A program made the translations under genes and the position numbers. Under the pieces are notes generated by a model. That model was not told the DNA's origin and made no database searches. It was given only the letters and a program-made list of their open reading frames with translations. DNA of 64,000 nucleotides from Chloroflexota bacterium (GTDB lineage: Bacteria > Chloroflexota > Anaerolineae > Anaerolineales > DRMV01). The stretch is from the NCBI GenBank assembly GCA_011322445.1, contig DRMV01000033.1, positions 97,560-161,559 of the forward strand. Reading direction: 5' to 3'. This document shows, in pieces, positions 50,457 to 58,871 of this stretch (its first letter is position 1; every line of letters starts with the position of its first letter).

Positions 50457-51394
50457 CGCTCCCCCGCCGCGGCCTCCACCCGTTCCACCAGGCGGCAAAA
50501 GGCGCATTTGCCGGGGGCGGTGGTCGGCTGGCCGCAGACCGGGCAGGTATGCAGGGCTTCCGCCACCTCTTCGGCCACGTCGGCAAACAGCCCCTCTTTT
50601 TTGGCCTTGAGGAAGCCCAGATAGAACTGCAATTTCGCCCCGGGGCGGTCGGCTTCCAGTTTGTTGAGCAGTTGTTTGTAGTAAATGGACTTCGCCCCCA
50701 CCGAGAAGGGGCATTCCTCGTAGATGTAGCGGATGCCGCGCAAGAGCGCGTAGGCCGCGGTTTCCCGCTCGTAGAAGCGGAAGAGCGGCTTGACCTTGCG
50801 CGCCAGCCCGGGGGAAGCCGGCAACACCGGCCCCTGCCGCTGCAAATACCCCGCCGCCCAGGTGAGGGTGTTGCCGAAGAGCACCGCGGCTTCGTCATCC
50901 AGATTGTGGCCGGTGGCGAGCAGATTGTAGCCCAGGTCGCGGGCAATGCGGTTCATCTCGTGGCGCTTGACCAGGCCACAGACCGAGCAGGGCTTCCCCT
51001 TGCCGCGATGGGTGAGTTTCGCCATTTCGGGGATGCTCGCGCCGTATTCCGCAGGCACGTTCACAATGTGCAGGGTGAGCCCCCGTCCTTCGGCAAACGC
51101 CCGCGTGAGCGCCTTCGACTGGCTGGAATAGCCAAAGCCGCCGTCGATGCCCAAATCAATGTAAAGCCCGTCGGCCTGGTAGCCCAGCCGCCAGAGCACA
51201 TCCCACAGCGCCAGCGAATCTTTGCCGCCCGAAACGGCCACCAGCACTTTGTCGTCGCGCCCAAACATGTGATATTTCTTGATAAAGCGCTCGGTCTGGG
51301 CAACAAACCATTCCAGATAATGTTCCTTGCACAGCGCCAGTTTGTGATGGCGCATGTTGATGACGGCCTTCTGGCCGCATTTTCGGCAGCGCAT
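50447..51394 (-). CDS. ttuA: tRNA 2-thiolation protein TtuA (TtcA/TtuA family)
   Basis: N- and C-terminal Zn fingers, SGGKDS PP-loop, CSVC and CPF Fe-S cysteines, TGHNLDDE. Confidence 0.9.
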   Translation of the reverse strand: MRCRKCGQKAVINMRHHKLALCKEHYLEWFVAQTERFIKKYHMFGRDDKVLVAVSGGKDSLALWDVLWRLGYQADGLYIDLGIDGGFGYSSQSKALTRAFAEGRGLTLHIVNVPAEYGASIPEMAKLTHRGKGKPCSVCGLVKRHEMNRIARDLGYNLLATGHNLDDEAAVLFGNTLTWAAGYLQRQGPVLPASPGLARKVKPLFRFYERETAAYALLRGIRYIYEECPFSVGAKSIYYKQLLNKLEADRPGAKLQFYLGFLKAKKEGLFADVAEEVAEALHTCPVCGQPTTAPGKCAFCRLVERVEAAAGERGE

Positions 51395-51400
51395 GGAGTT

Positions 51401-51480
51401 AGTCCTGTAGTCGGGTGGTCAGGTAGTCGGGTAGTCGGGTAGTCAGGTGGTCAGGTAGTCGAGTGGTCGCGTCGTCGGGA
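51401..51480. repeat. 10-unit 8-mer array (AGTCGGGT/GGTCAGGT)
   Basis: Period 8; same family as 4117-4228; between ttuB and ttuA. Confidence 0.92.
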
Positions 51481-51500
51481 AAGCCGCGGAAATCGGGGAG

Positions 51501-51695
51501 TTAGCCGCCGGAGATGACCGCGACCAGGCGGATGACGTCGCCATCTTTCAGATGGGTGTCTTCGGTCACCAGTTCACCGTCTTTAGTGGGAATGACCTCT
51601 TCCAGCGGGATTTCCAACTGTTTGAGGGCCTGCTTGATGGTGATGCCGTGGGGCACTTCGTAAGTTTTACCGCGCAGAAGCAACTTCGCGGGCAT
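51501..51695 (-). CDS. ttuB: Ubiquitin-like sulfur carrier TtuB (ThiS/MoaD fold)
   Basis: 64 aa ending VISGG, directly upstream of ttuA; AGGAGG RBS. Confidence 0.85.
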   Translation of the reverse strand: MPAKLLLRGKTYEVPHGITIKQALKQLEIPLEEVIPTKDGELVTEDTHLKDGDVIRLVAVISGG

Positions 51696-51899
51696 GAACG
51701 ACCTCCTGGGGGAAATTAGGACAGGCCGCAGGATTTTAACCGCGGCGGGGAAGAATGTCAAAGAAAATCAGAGGGCGGAGCCAGCAACGCCCACCGTCGA
51801 GCAATGGGGGAACGAAAAAGGAGGATGCCCCTGGAGCCAGCCGCAATTCGCACGCCCAAACCGCCCTCGCCACTCCAAAAGGCGCCTTGCATAGCGAAA

Positions 51900-52205
51900 T
51901 ATACCACTTTTCGCGAAACTCAGCATGAAACGGCTACACACCCCCACCACCTTGACTTGCAAATGCCGAGTACGGCCACGAACTTCTACACGCGCCTTGC
52001 GCCAGCCTGTGCGCTCACGCCAAACTTCCTGGGGTATGGGTGCCGGATGACCATATTTCCGATTGGGCCTCATGTCCCTCCCTGGCAGGAAGAACAGGCG
52101 CCGATTTTTGGCGCTGCGGGCCATCAGGATGACGCCTTGAGGTAAGTGTCGCCATAAGTTGACCCGGTCATAGCGTCCATCACCCACAAACAAGATCAGT
52201 AAAGT
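51900..52205 (-). mobile_element. Truncated DDE transposase remnant (IS701/IS4-like)
   Basis: LFVGDGRYD...ARSAKNRRLFFLP...RKYG...W....VEVRGR resembles a transposase core; no start or C-terminus; family call from memory. Confidence 0.55.
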
Positions 52206-52256
52206 CCCGCACCCCAACTCCGCCGGGGCCAACGACGGGCGCGAGGCCTGCGCCTT

Positions 52257-53699
52257 TTACTCTCCCCGCCGGGCAATGAAAGCCAGCGCCTCTTCCCTGC
52301 TGCGCACGTCCCCCGCGGCCTGGGCTTCCCGCAGGGCTTCCAGGGCCTGCCCCACCTGAGGGCCGGGGGAAAGCCCCAACAGCGCCATGACCTCGTCGCC
52401 GGAAAGCAGCAGCGGCGGGGCAACCACCTCGTCGTGCTGCTCCCACCACGCGGCCAGCAGCACCCGGGCGGCTTCCAGATGCTGCTGCCAGAGGTCGTGA
52501 GGCAGCCGCGGCCCGTAAGCCGCCATGGTTTCGGCCAACACCAGCAGCACGGCATCCACCCCTGCTTCGCCGGCGGAGCGGTAATAACGGTACACCTCCC
52601 GACGGGAAGGCAAGGCCTTCGCGGCGGTCAGACGGCGGGCTTCCGCCGCCGCGCGCAGCACGGTTTCCAGACGACGGGCTTCGGCATTGCTGAGGCGCAG
52701 GGCACGGGCACGTTCCGCCGCCAAACGCCCCGCAGCGGCGCCAAACAGCCCCTCCCCGGCGAGGAAGCCGGTGGGGTGGTAAAGCGCCGCGAGCAAGAGC
52801 AGCGCCTGCAGGGGCCTCTCAGGGTGACTGCCCGCCGCCAGGTGGGATGCCAGGCGGTAGCGATAGCGGCCAATGCGCACCATCACGTAGCCAAGGGCAA
52901 AATCGGCGGCCTTTTCCTGCTCGTAGGCCGGTGCAAGGGCATCCAGCAGGGCGGCAAGGCGTTCAGCAGTGCGCATGGCGTGCTGCCAAGCATCGGCCTG
53001 ATAGGGCGGGGGCAGCGCCACGCCGTGCAGGCGGGGGAGTTCCGGCAGCAGATAAGGCAGCACGCCGAGGGCATCCAGCGCCTTGAGAGGGGCGGTGGGG
53101 TGAGGGCTTTCCAGCATGCGGAAGAGTTCATCGCGCAGGCGCTCGGGGCTGACGTCTTCCAGCAGCGGCACGGCAGCCTGCATCAGGCGGCGCGTGGGGG
53201 GCGCAATGCGGAAGCCGAGGGAGGCGGCCAGCCGGGGCCCGCGCAACACCCGCAGAGGGTCGGCCACAAAAGTGGACGGACTGCACGCGCGCAGGATTTT
53301 GTCCTTCAGATCGCGCAGGCCGCCGGTGGGGTCGTGCAGGCGGTCAGGGTGGTGCAGCGAGACGGCCAGCGCGTTGACGGTGAAATCGCGGGCGCGCAGG
53401 TCGGCTTCCAGGGTGGGGCCGCGGTAGGCCGCCACATCCACCACATAGCGCCCTTCAGGCGTTTCCAGCAGCACGCGGCCGGTGTCTCGCCCGGCATCCA
53501 GCGCATAAAAATCGCCGCCGAGGGCATTCGCCAAGCGGCGCGCCAAGCGCAAACCACCGCGGGGCACTACAAGGTCAATATCATGGCTGCGGCGGTTGAG
53601 GAAAGCATCGCGCACCGTGCCCCCCACCAGATAAGCCTCGGTTTCCGGGGGGACCACGGCGCGCAGACGAGCGACAATTGCAGGGAATGGCGGGAGCAT
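52257..53699 (-). CDS. Class II tRNA nucleotidyltransferase (CC-adding-like, degenerate HD domain)
   Basis: LVGGTVRD, DIDL, DLRARDFTVNA, DPLRVLR; flexible loop absent. Confidence 0.88.
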   Translation of the reverse strand: MLPPFPAIVARLRAVVPPETEAYLVGGTVRDAFLNRRSHDIDLVVPRGGLRLARRLANALGGDFYALDAGRDTGRVLLETPEGRYVVDVAAYRGPTLEADLRARDFTVNALAVSLHHPDRLHDPTGGLRDLKDKILRACSPSTFVADPLRVLRGPRLAASLGFRIAPPTRRLMQAAVPLLEDVSPERLRDELFRMLESPHPTAPLKALDALGVLPYLLPELPRLHGVALPPPYQADAWQHAMRTAERLAALLDALAPAYEQEKAADFALGYVMVRIGRYRYRLASHLAAGSHPERPLQALLLLAALYHPTGFLAGEGLFGAAAGRLAAERARALRLSNAEARRLETVLRAAAEARRLTAAKALPSRREVYRYYRSAGEAGVDAVLLVLAETMAAYGPRLPHDLWQQHLEAARVLLAAWWEQHDEVVAPPLLLSGDEVMALLGLSPGPQVGQALEALREAQAAGDVRSREEALAFIARRGE

Positions 53700-53704
53700 G
53701 GGGG

Positions 53705-54274
53705 TCAGTCGTCTTCCGGCGGGCGGTAGCGTTCCAGGTCGGGCACCGCGATGAACGGCAGGTTGCGGTAGTATTCGTCCATGTCCAGCCCGTAGCCAAA
53801 GACGAATTCGTTGGGAATCACAAAGCCACTGTAGTGGATGGGTACTTCGACTTCACGGCGCTCGGCTTTGTCAAGCAGGGTGCACACCTTGAGGGATTTG
53901 GGCTGGCGCAGCGAGAGGATGTTGAGCACCTCGGCGATGGTATGGCCGCTGTCGATGATGTCTTCCACCAGCAACACATGGCGGTTGGTGATGCTGGTTT
54001 GCAAGTCCATCGTCAGCCGCACCCGCCCGGCGCTCTGGCGCGCGCCCGCGCCGTAAGAGGAAATCGCCATGAAGTCGATGGCGTGGGGCACGGTGATGTG
54101 CTTCATCAGGTCAGTGAGGAACATCACGCCGCCGCGCAGAATGCACACCAGCAACAGTTCTTCGCCGGCGTAATCGCGGCTGATTTCCGCACCCAGTTCG
54201 GCGATGCGCGCCATCAGGCGGTCTTCGGGGATCAGAATTTTGGCAAGGAAGTCGTGATAGTCCTGGATGGGCAT
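53705..54274 (-). CDS. hpt: Hypoxanthine phosphoribosyltransferase
   Basis: ILRGGVMF, LLVEDIIDSGHT, LLDK, FVFGYGLD. Confidence 0.96.
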   Translation of the reverse strand: MPIQDYHDFLAKILIPEDRLMARIAELGAEISRDYAGEELLLVCILRGGVMFLTDLMKHITVPHAIDFMAISSYGAGARQSAGRVRLTMDLQTSITNRHVLLVEDIIDSGHTIAEVLNILSLRQPKSLKVCTLLDKAERREVEVPIHYSGFVIPNEFVFGYGLDMDEYYRNLPFIAVPDLERYRPPEDD

Positions 54275-54401
54275 GGGCAATTCTCGTTGGGGAAGATGGA
54301 TTCAGCCTGGCAGGGGGAAACCACAAATTTCACAGAGTTCGCAGAAAAATATCCGCCGCTTTCACAAATTTACACCGATTAGACAGGGAGCAAGCGACGG
54401 C

Positions 54402-54986
54402 TCAATTTTCAACACCGGCCGCCTGCAAGGCACGCGCCAGCAGGTCGCCGACATGGAGTTCGCCAGCCCATTGCTGCAGATAATTCAGGTCCAGATCGCC
54501 CGCGCGCACTTTCAACACACCGAGTACATCGCGCCACTGGCGCTCGGAAACCTCACCGCCCTGCCGATACCATTCCAGTTTGGAGAGGATGATGTCTTCG
54601 GGGCTGGCAAATCTCGCACTGACCTCAGTTTCCAAAGTAAAGGATTGCCTTTGAGCACGTGCCAGTTGGGAACGCAGAAAAGGACGCTGGCGGGGGACAA
54701 AAATGTCAACCTTGAACATGGTCTCGCGATGGATAATATTGAAACTGGCATGGCGTCGAATAGCCTCGGCAATCATCCGCTCGTCTATGTAAAATTCGCC
54801 TTGCAAAGCAGCCACAAAAGGAGATAGATGTTCAAGTCGCATCTCGGCCACGATGTCCGCGTCTTGGGTGAGACGTATCATACCGTAAAGGATAGAAGCC
54901 AACGAGCCGCCAATGAGGTAAGGGACGCCCAGTTGTTCAAACACCCGCGTTACCTTGAGCGTAACTTCCAAAGGCTCATTTTGCAT
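54402..54986 (-). CDS. Nucleotidyltransferase toxin-like protein (MenT/AbiEii-like)
   Basis: YLIGGSLAS, RLTQDADI (RxTxDxD), SPEDIILSKL, RQWRD. Confidence 0.8.
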   Translation of the reverse strand: MQNEPLEVTLKVTRVFEQLGVPYLIGGSLASILYGMIRLTQDADIVAEMRLEHLSPFVAALQGEFYIDERMIAEAIRRHASFNIIHRETMFKVDIFVPRQRPFLRSQLARAQRQSFTLETEVSARFASPEDIILSKLEWYRQGGEVSERQWRDVLGVLKVRAGDLDLNYLQQWAGELHVGDLLARALQAAGVEN

Positions 54987-55248
54987 CGGGCAAATCTCCA
55001 TAAACTTCGTGTGCCAGATCCTCCCCTAAAAGCAAAGCGGCCAACCTACGGCGCAGTTCGGCTTCGGAGGCTTGAGGATAGCGAGCACGCAACCCTGCCA
55101 ACGCCAATCGTCGGGCAGAGACATTCAATTGCGCCAGCATGTTCATCTTGTGAGTAGGGCTGGCTTGCCGCCAGAGTTCAATCTGCAAAGCCTCTACCTC
55201 GGGATCGGTATCCGAATACAGTCCGCTCACGCCTTCGCTCCCAAACAA
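54976..55248 (-). CDS. Small helical antitoxin-like protein (MenA1/Rv0078B-like)
   Basis: SDTDPEVEALQIELWR...AGLRARYPQASEAELRRRLA; overlaps the toxin start by 11 nt; start may be GTG 55230. Confidence 0.7.
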   Translation of the reverse strand: MFGSEGVSGLYSDTDPEVEALQIELWRQASPTHKMNMLAQLNVSARRLALAGLRARYPQASEAELRRRLAALLLGEDLAHEVYGDLPDAK

Positions 55249-55318
55249 TCTGCCAATTGCCCGAATTTACCCAAGAGATCTGCAAACAATCTGTGCCAAT
55301 CTGCGTAATCTGCGGTCT

Positions 55319-58039
55319 TTATTCGCCCAATTTCTCCTCAACCCACCCGGCCACTGCGGCTAAGGCCTCATCCAGCCGCGCGGGGTCTTTGCCGCCAGCC
55401 TGGGCTAAGGTGGGCTTGCCGCCGCCGCCGCCGCCCACGAAGCTCGCCACGAATTTCGCCAGTTCGCCCGCGTGCAGGCCCTTTTTCGTCAGCGGCTGGC
55501 TCACCGCGGCAATGATGAGCGGGCGTCCGTTGCTCACGGTCGTAAGCACGGCTACGCCTTCGGGGTGTTGCTGGCGGAAGCGGTCGGCCAAGCGGCGCAG
55601 GGCATCGGCGTCGGCATCGGGCACGCGCACCGCCAGCACGGGCACGCCCGCCACGTGCGGCGGCTCGGCAATCTGCCGCTCCACCGCGGCTTCAGCCACA
55701 CGGCGGCGCAAGGCGGTCGCCTCTTTGCGGGCTTCGGTCAGTTCCGCCTGCAAGTGCGCTACCTTTTCGGGCACGCCCTCGGGCGGCGATTTCAGCAGCG
55801 CGGCGGCTTCTTCCAGCGCGTCCATGCGCCCGCGGGCAAAGCGGTATGCTCCGCGACCCGTCACGGCTTCAATGCGGCGCACGCCCGCCGCGGCGCTACC
55901 CTCGCTCACGATGAAGAACGCGCCGATGTCGGCGGTGCGGCGGGCGTGCGTGCCGCCGCACAGTTCGCGGGAAATCGGCTCCGCGTCGCCGATGGTGATG
56001 GTGCGCACAATTTCGCCGTATTTTTCGCCGAAAAGCGCCATCGCGCCCTCGGCAATGGCTTCCTCGCGCTTCTTGAAGGCCACCTGCACGGGGTAATCGG
56101 CGGCGATCGCGTCGTTCACCCACTGCTCAATGCGGCGCAACTGCTCGCGGGTCAGGGCTTCGGGGTGAGTGAAGTCAAAGCGCAGGCGGTCGGGAGCGAC
56201 CAGCGAACCCGCCTGCCGGGCGTGCTCGCCCAAAATCGCGTGCAGGGCGGCGTGCAGCAGGTGGGTCGCGGTGTGGTTGCGCATGATGTCCTTGCGGCGG
56301 GAAGCGTCCACCGCGGCAAGGGCAACGTCGCCCACGCGGGGCGTGCCCTTCACCACCTCGCCGATGTGCACAATCAGGCCCGCGGCAGGCTTGCGGGTGT
56401 CGGTCACACGGATTTCCCAGCGGGGCTCGGCCACCGAAACAATCGTACCGGTGTCGGAAACCTGACCGCCCGATTCCACATAGAAGCACGTTTCGGGCAG
56501 AATCACGCCCACGATGTCGCCTGCGGCCGCGCTTTCCACGGGCTGGTTGTCTTTCATCAGCGCGAGCACCTCGCCCTCCACTTCCAGCGCGCCGTAGGGG
56601 TCGTAGCGCACGCCTTCGGGCGGCAGTTTGCCCTCGGCTTGCAGGCGCTCGGCAAGGGCGCGGTAGGCGTCCACGTCGTCTTCCACCAACGGGCCAAAGG
56701 CCTTGCCCTTGCCCGAAGCCACGCGGTGCACTTCCATCGCTTTGTGGAAGCCAGCTTCGTCCACGTCCATGCTGTGCTCGCGGGCGATATCGCGGGTGAT
56801 TTCCAGCGGCAGGCCGTAGGTGGCGTAGAGTTGGAAGGCATCCTCGCCGCCGATGATGCGCTTGCCCTCGGCCTGCAGGCGCGCCATCAGGTCTTCCAGA
56901 TAAGCGGTGCCGGTTTCCACCGTGCGGGCGAAGCGGACTTCCTCGCGGGTGATGGTTTCCAGAATCGCGTCGCGGTGCTTGACGATTTCGGGGTAAACAT
57001 GCCCAAAGCGTTCAATCACGGTTTCGGCAACCTGCGCCATGAACGGCTCGGTAAAGCCGATTTTGGCGCCAAAGCGGGCGGCGCGGCGGATGATCATGCG
57101 GCAGACATAGTTGCGGCTTTCGTTGCCGGGCACCACGCCGTCGCCGATGAGGAAGGTGGCCGCGCGGGTGTGGTCGGCGACCACGCGGTAGGCGACCAAG
57201 TGCTCCTGCCGCTGGGCATCGGTGTGCCCCGCCAGCCGCTGGATGGTATCCATGATGGGCGTGAAAAGGTCGGTGTCGTAGGAATTGTCCACGCCCTGCA
57301 AAATCATGGTGATGCGCTCCAGCCCCATGCCGGTATCCACGCCGTGCTTGGGCAGTGGGGAACGGGAGCCGTCCGGCGCCTGATTGAACTGCATGAAGAC
57401 CAAGTTCCAGATTTCCAAGAAGCGGTCTTCGGGGTTATCGTCCAAGTGGTAGGCAAGTTCCTCGCCGTAAAGTTGGCCGCGCTCGGGGAAGAAATCGTAG
57501 TGGATTTCGGAAGTGGGGCCGCAGGGGCCGACGTCGGCCATCTGCCAGAAATTGGTGGCATCGCCCAACCGGGCAACCCGTTCCGCGGGCACGCCCACTT
57601 CCTCCACCCAGATGCGGTAGGCTTCGTCGTCGGAATGGTGCACGGTGAAGTACAGCCGCTCGGGGGGGAGGCCGTAAACTTTGGTGAGCAGTTCATACGC
57701 CCAGGTGATGGCTTCGCGTTTGAAATAATCGCCGAAGGAAAAATTGCCTAGCATTTCAAAGAAAGTGTGGTGGCGGGGGCTGGGACCGACGTTTTCCAGG
57801 TCGTTGTGCTTGCCCGAAACCCGCATACAGCGCTGCACGGTGGTGGCGCGGGTGTAGGGGCGCTTGTCCAGGCCGAGGAAAACGTCTTTGAACTGCACCA
57901 TGCCGGCGTTGGTGAAAAGCAACGTCTGGTCGCCGCCGGGCACAAGCGAAGAGGAAGGCACGATGGTGTGCCCCTTGGATTCAAAGAATTTGAGGAAGGC
58001 GTCGCGAATCTGGTCGCCGGTCATTTTTTTGTCGGGCAT
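55319..58039 (-). CDS. alaS: Alanyl-tRNA synthetase
   Basis: LLFTNAGMVQFK, HHTFFEMLGNFSFGDYFK, DTGMGLER, NHTATHLLH, ELCGGTH, GGGGG C-Ala. Confidence 0.98.
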   Translation of the reverse strand: MPDKKMTGDQIRDAFLKFFESKGHTIVPSSSLVPGGDQTLLFTNAGMVQFKDVFLGLDKRPYTRATTVQRCMRVSGKHNDLENVGPSPRHHTFFEMLGNFSFGDYFKREAITWAYELLTKVYGLPPERLYFTVHHSDDEAYRIWVEEVGVPAERVARLGDATNFWQMADVGPCGPTSEIHYDFFPERGQLYGEELAYHLDDNPEDRFLEIWNLVFMQFNQAPDGSRSPLPKHGVDTGMGLERITMILQGVDNSYDTDLFTPIMDTIQRLAGHTDAQRQEHLVAYRVVADHTRAATFLIGDGVVPGNESRNYVCRMIIRRAARFGAKIGFTEPFMAQVAETVIERFGHVYPEIVKHRDAILETITREEVRFARTVETGTAYLEDLMARLQAEGKRIIGGEDAFQLYATYGLPLEITRDIAREHSMDVDEAGFHKAMEVHRVASGKGKAFGPLVEDDVDAYRALAERLQAEGKLPPEGVRYDPYGALEVEGEVLALMKDNQPVESAAAGDIVGVILPETCFYVESGGQVSDTGTIVSVAEPRWEIRVTDTRKPAAGLIVHIGEVVKGTPRVGDVALAAVDASRRKDIMRNHTATHLLHAALHAILGEHARQAGSLVAPDRLRFDFTHPEALTREQLRRIEQWVNDAIAADYPVQVAFKKREEAIAEGAMALFGEKYGEIVRTITIGDAEPISRELCGGTHARRTADIGAFFIVSEGSAAAGVRRIEAVTGRGAYRFARGRMDALEEAAALLKSPPEGVPEKVAHLQAELTEARKEATALRRRVAEAAVERQIAEPPHVAGVPVLAVRVPDADADALRRLADRFRQQHPEGVAVLTTVSNGRPLIIAAVSQPLTKKGLHAGELAKFVASFVGGGGGGKPTLAQAGGKDPARLDEALAAVAGWVEEKLGE

Positions 58040-58100
58040 GGTGGAACCTCGTGGTTGGAATTGGGAGAATTATACCGCGAGGCCGGGCCTCGCGTCGTCT

Positions 58101-58871
58101 TCACACACTCACCTTTCGGAAAAGGAAAGAAGGAATATGCTGAATGGTCAGCATCAACCAGCGCCAGCGGGCGGGGGTGTAGATCACCTGCTTGCGCCTG
58201 CGGATGGCTTTGGCAATGTCGGCCGCGGCCTGCTCGGGGGAAATCACCCAAAACGCGCCGCCGCCCGCGGCCTGCAGCATGGGCGTATCCACAAAACCGG
58301 GCTTGACGGTGAGCACATGCACGCCGTGGCGGCTGAGGCGGTTGCGCAGGCTTTCCAGGTAGTTGGTCAACCCCGCCTTGCTGGCCTGATAAGCCGGGTT
58401 TTTCACGCGCCCACGGTCGCCTGCCACGGAGGAAATGCCCACAATGTGCCCTTCGCCCTGGGTCTGGAAATAGGCTGCTGCCTGCCCCAGCCAGGCCACT
58501 GCACCCAACAGATTGGTTTCCAGCATCGGGCGGTCTTTGGCGAAATCATATTCATCGGCAGCCACCGGATGCAACACGCCTGCGGCGTACACCACCACGT
58601 CCACCCGCCCCATCGCGGCCAGGATGCGCTGGAAAAGGCCGGGGATGGCGTCGTAGTCGGTGACGTCGTGGGGGAAGACGTGAGGGCGCCCGGCATTTCC
58701 CGCCGCAGCCACACGCTCGGCCACGGCCTGGAGGGCGTCTTCCCGCCGGGCCAGCAACGCCAGCCGGTAGCCATCGGCAGCAAGGCGGTGTGCCAGGGCA
58801 GCGCCAATGCCCGACGACGCGCCAACAATCACCGCCACGGGGGGCGTCAACAAAGGGGAAGTGGAAGTCAT
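58101..58871 (-). CDS. Short-chain dehydrogenase/reductase
   Basis: VGASSGIG, ISSVAG, YQASK, VKPGFVDT. Confidence 0.93.
   Translation of the reverse strand: MTSTSPLLTPPVAVIVGASSGIGAALAHRLAADGYRLALLARREDALQAVAERVAAAGNAGRPHVFPHDVTDYDAIPGLFQRILAAMGRVDVVVYAAGVLHPVAADEYDFAKDRPMLETNLLGAVAWLGQAAAYFQTQGEGHIVGISSVAGDRGRVKNPAYQASKAGLTNYLESLRNRLSRHGVHVLTVKPGFVDTPMLQAAGGGAFWVISPEQAAADIAKAIRRRKQVIYTPARWRWLMLTIQHIPSFLFRKVSV

Larger units (their letters stand above)
54318..55316. mobile_element. Putative non-autonomous cassette: CAGATT-family inverted arrays enclosing a TA pair
   Basis: Left AAACCACAAATTTCACAGAGTTCGCAGA; right AATCTGTGCCAATCTGCGTAATCTGCGGT; interior looks lower in GC than the flanks. Confidence 0.65.
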
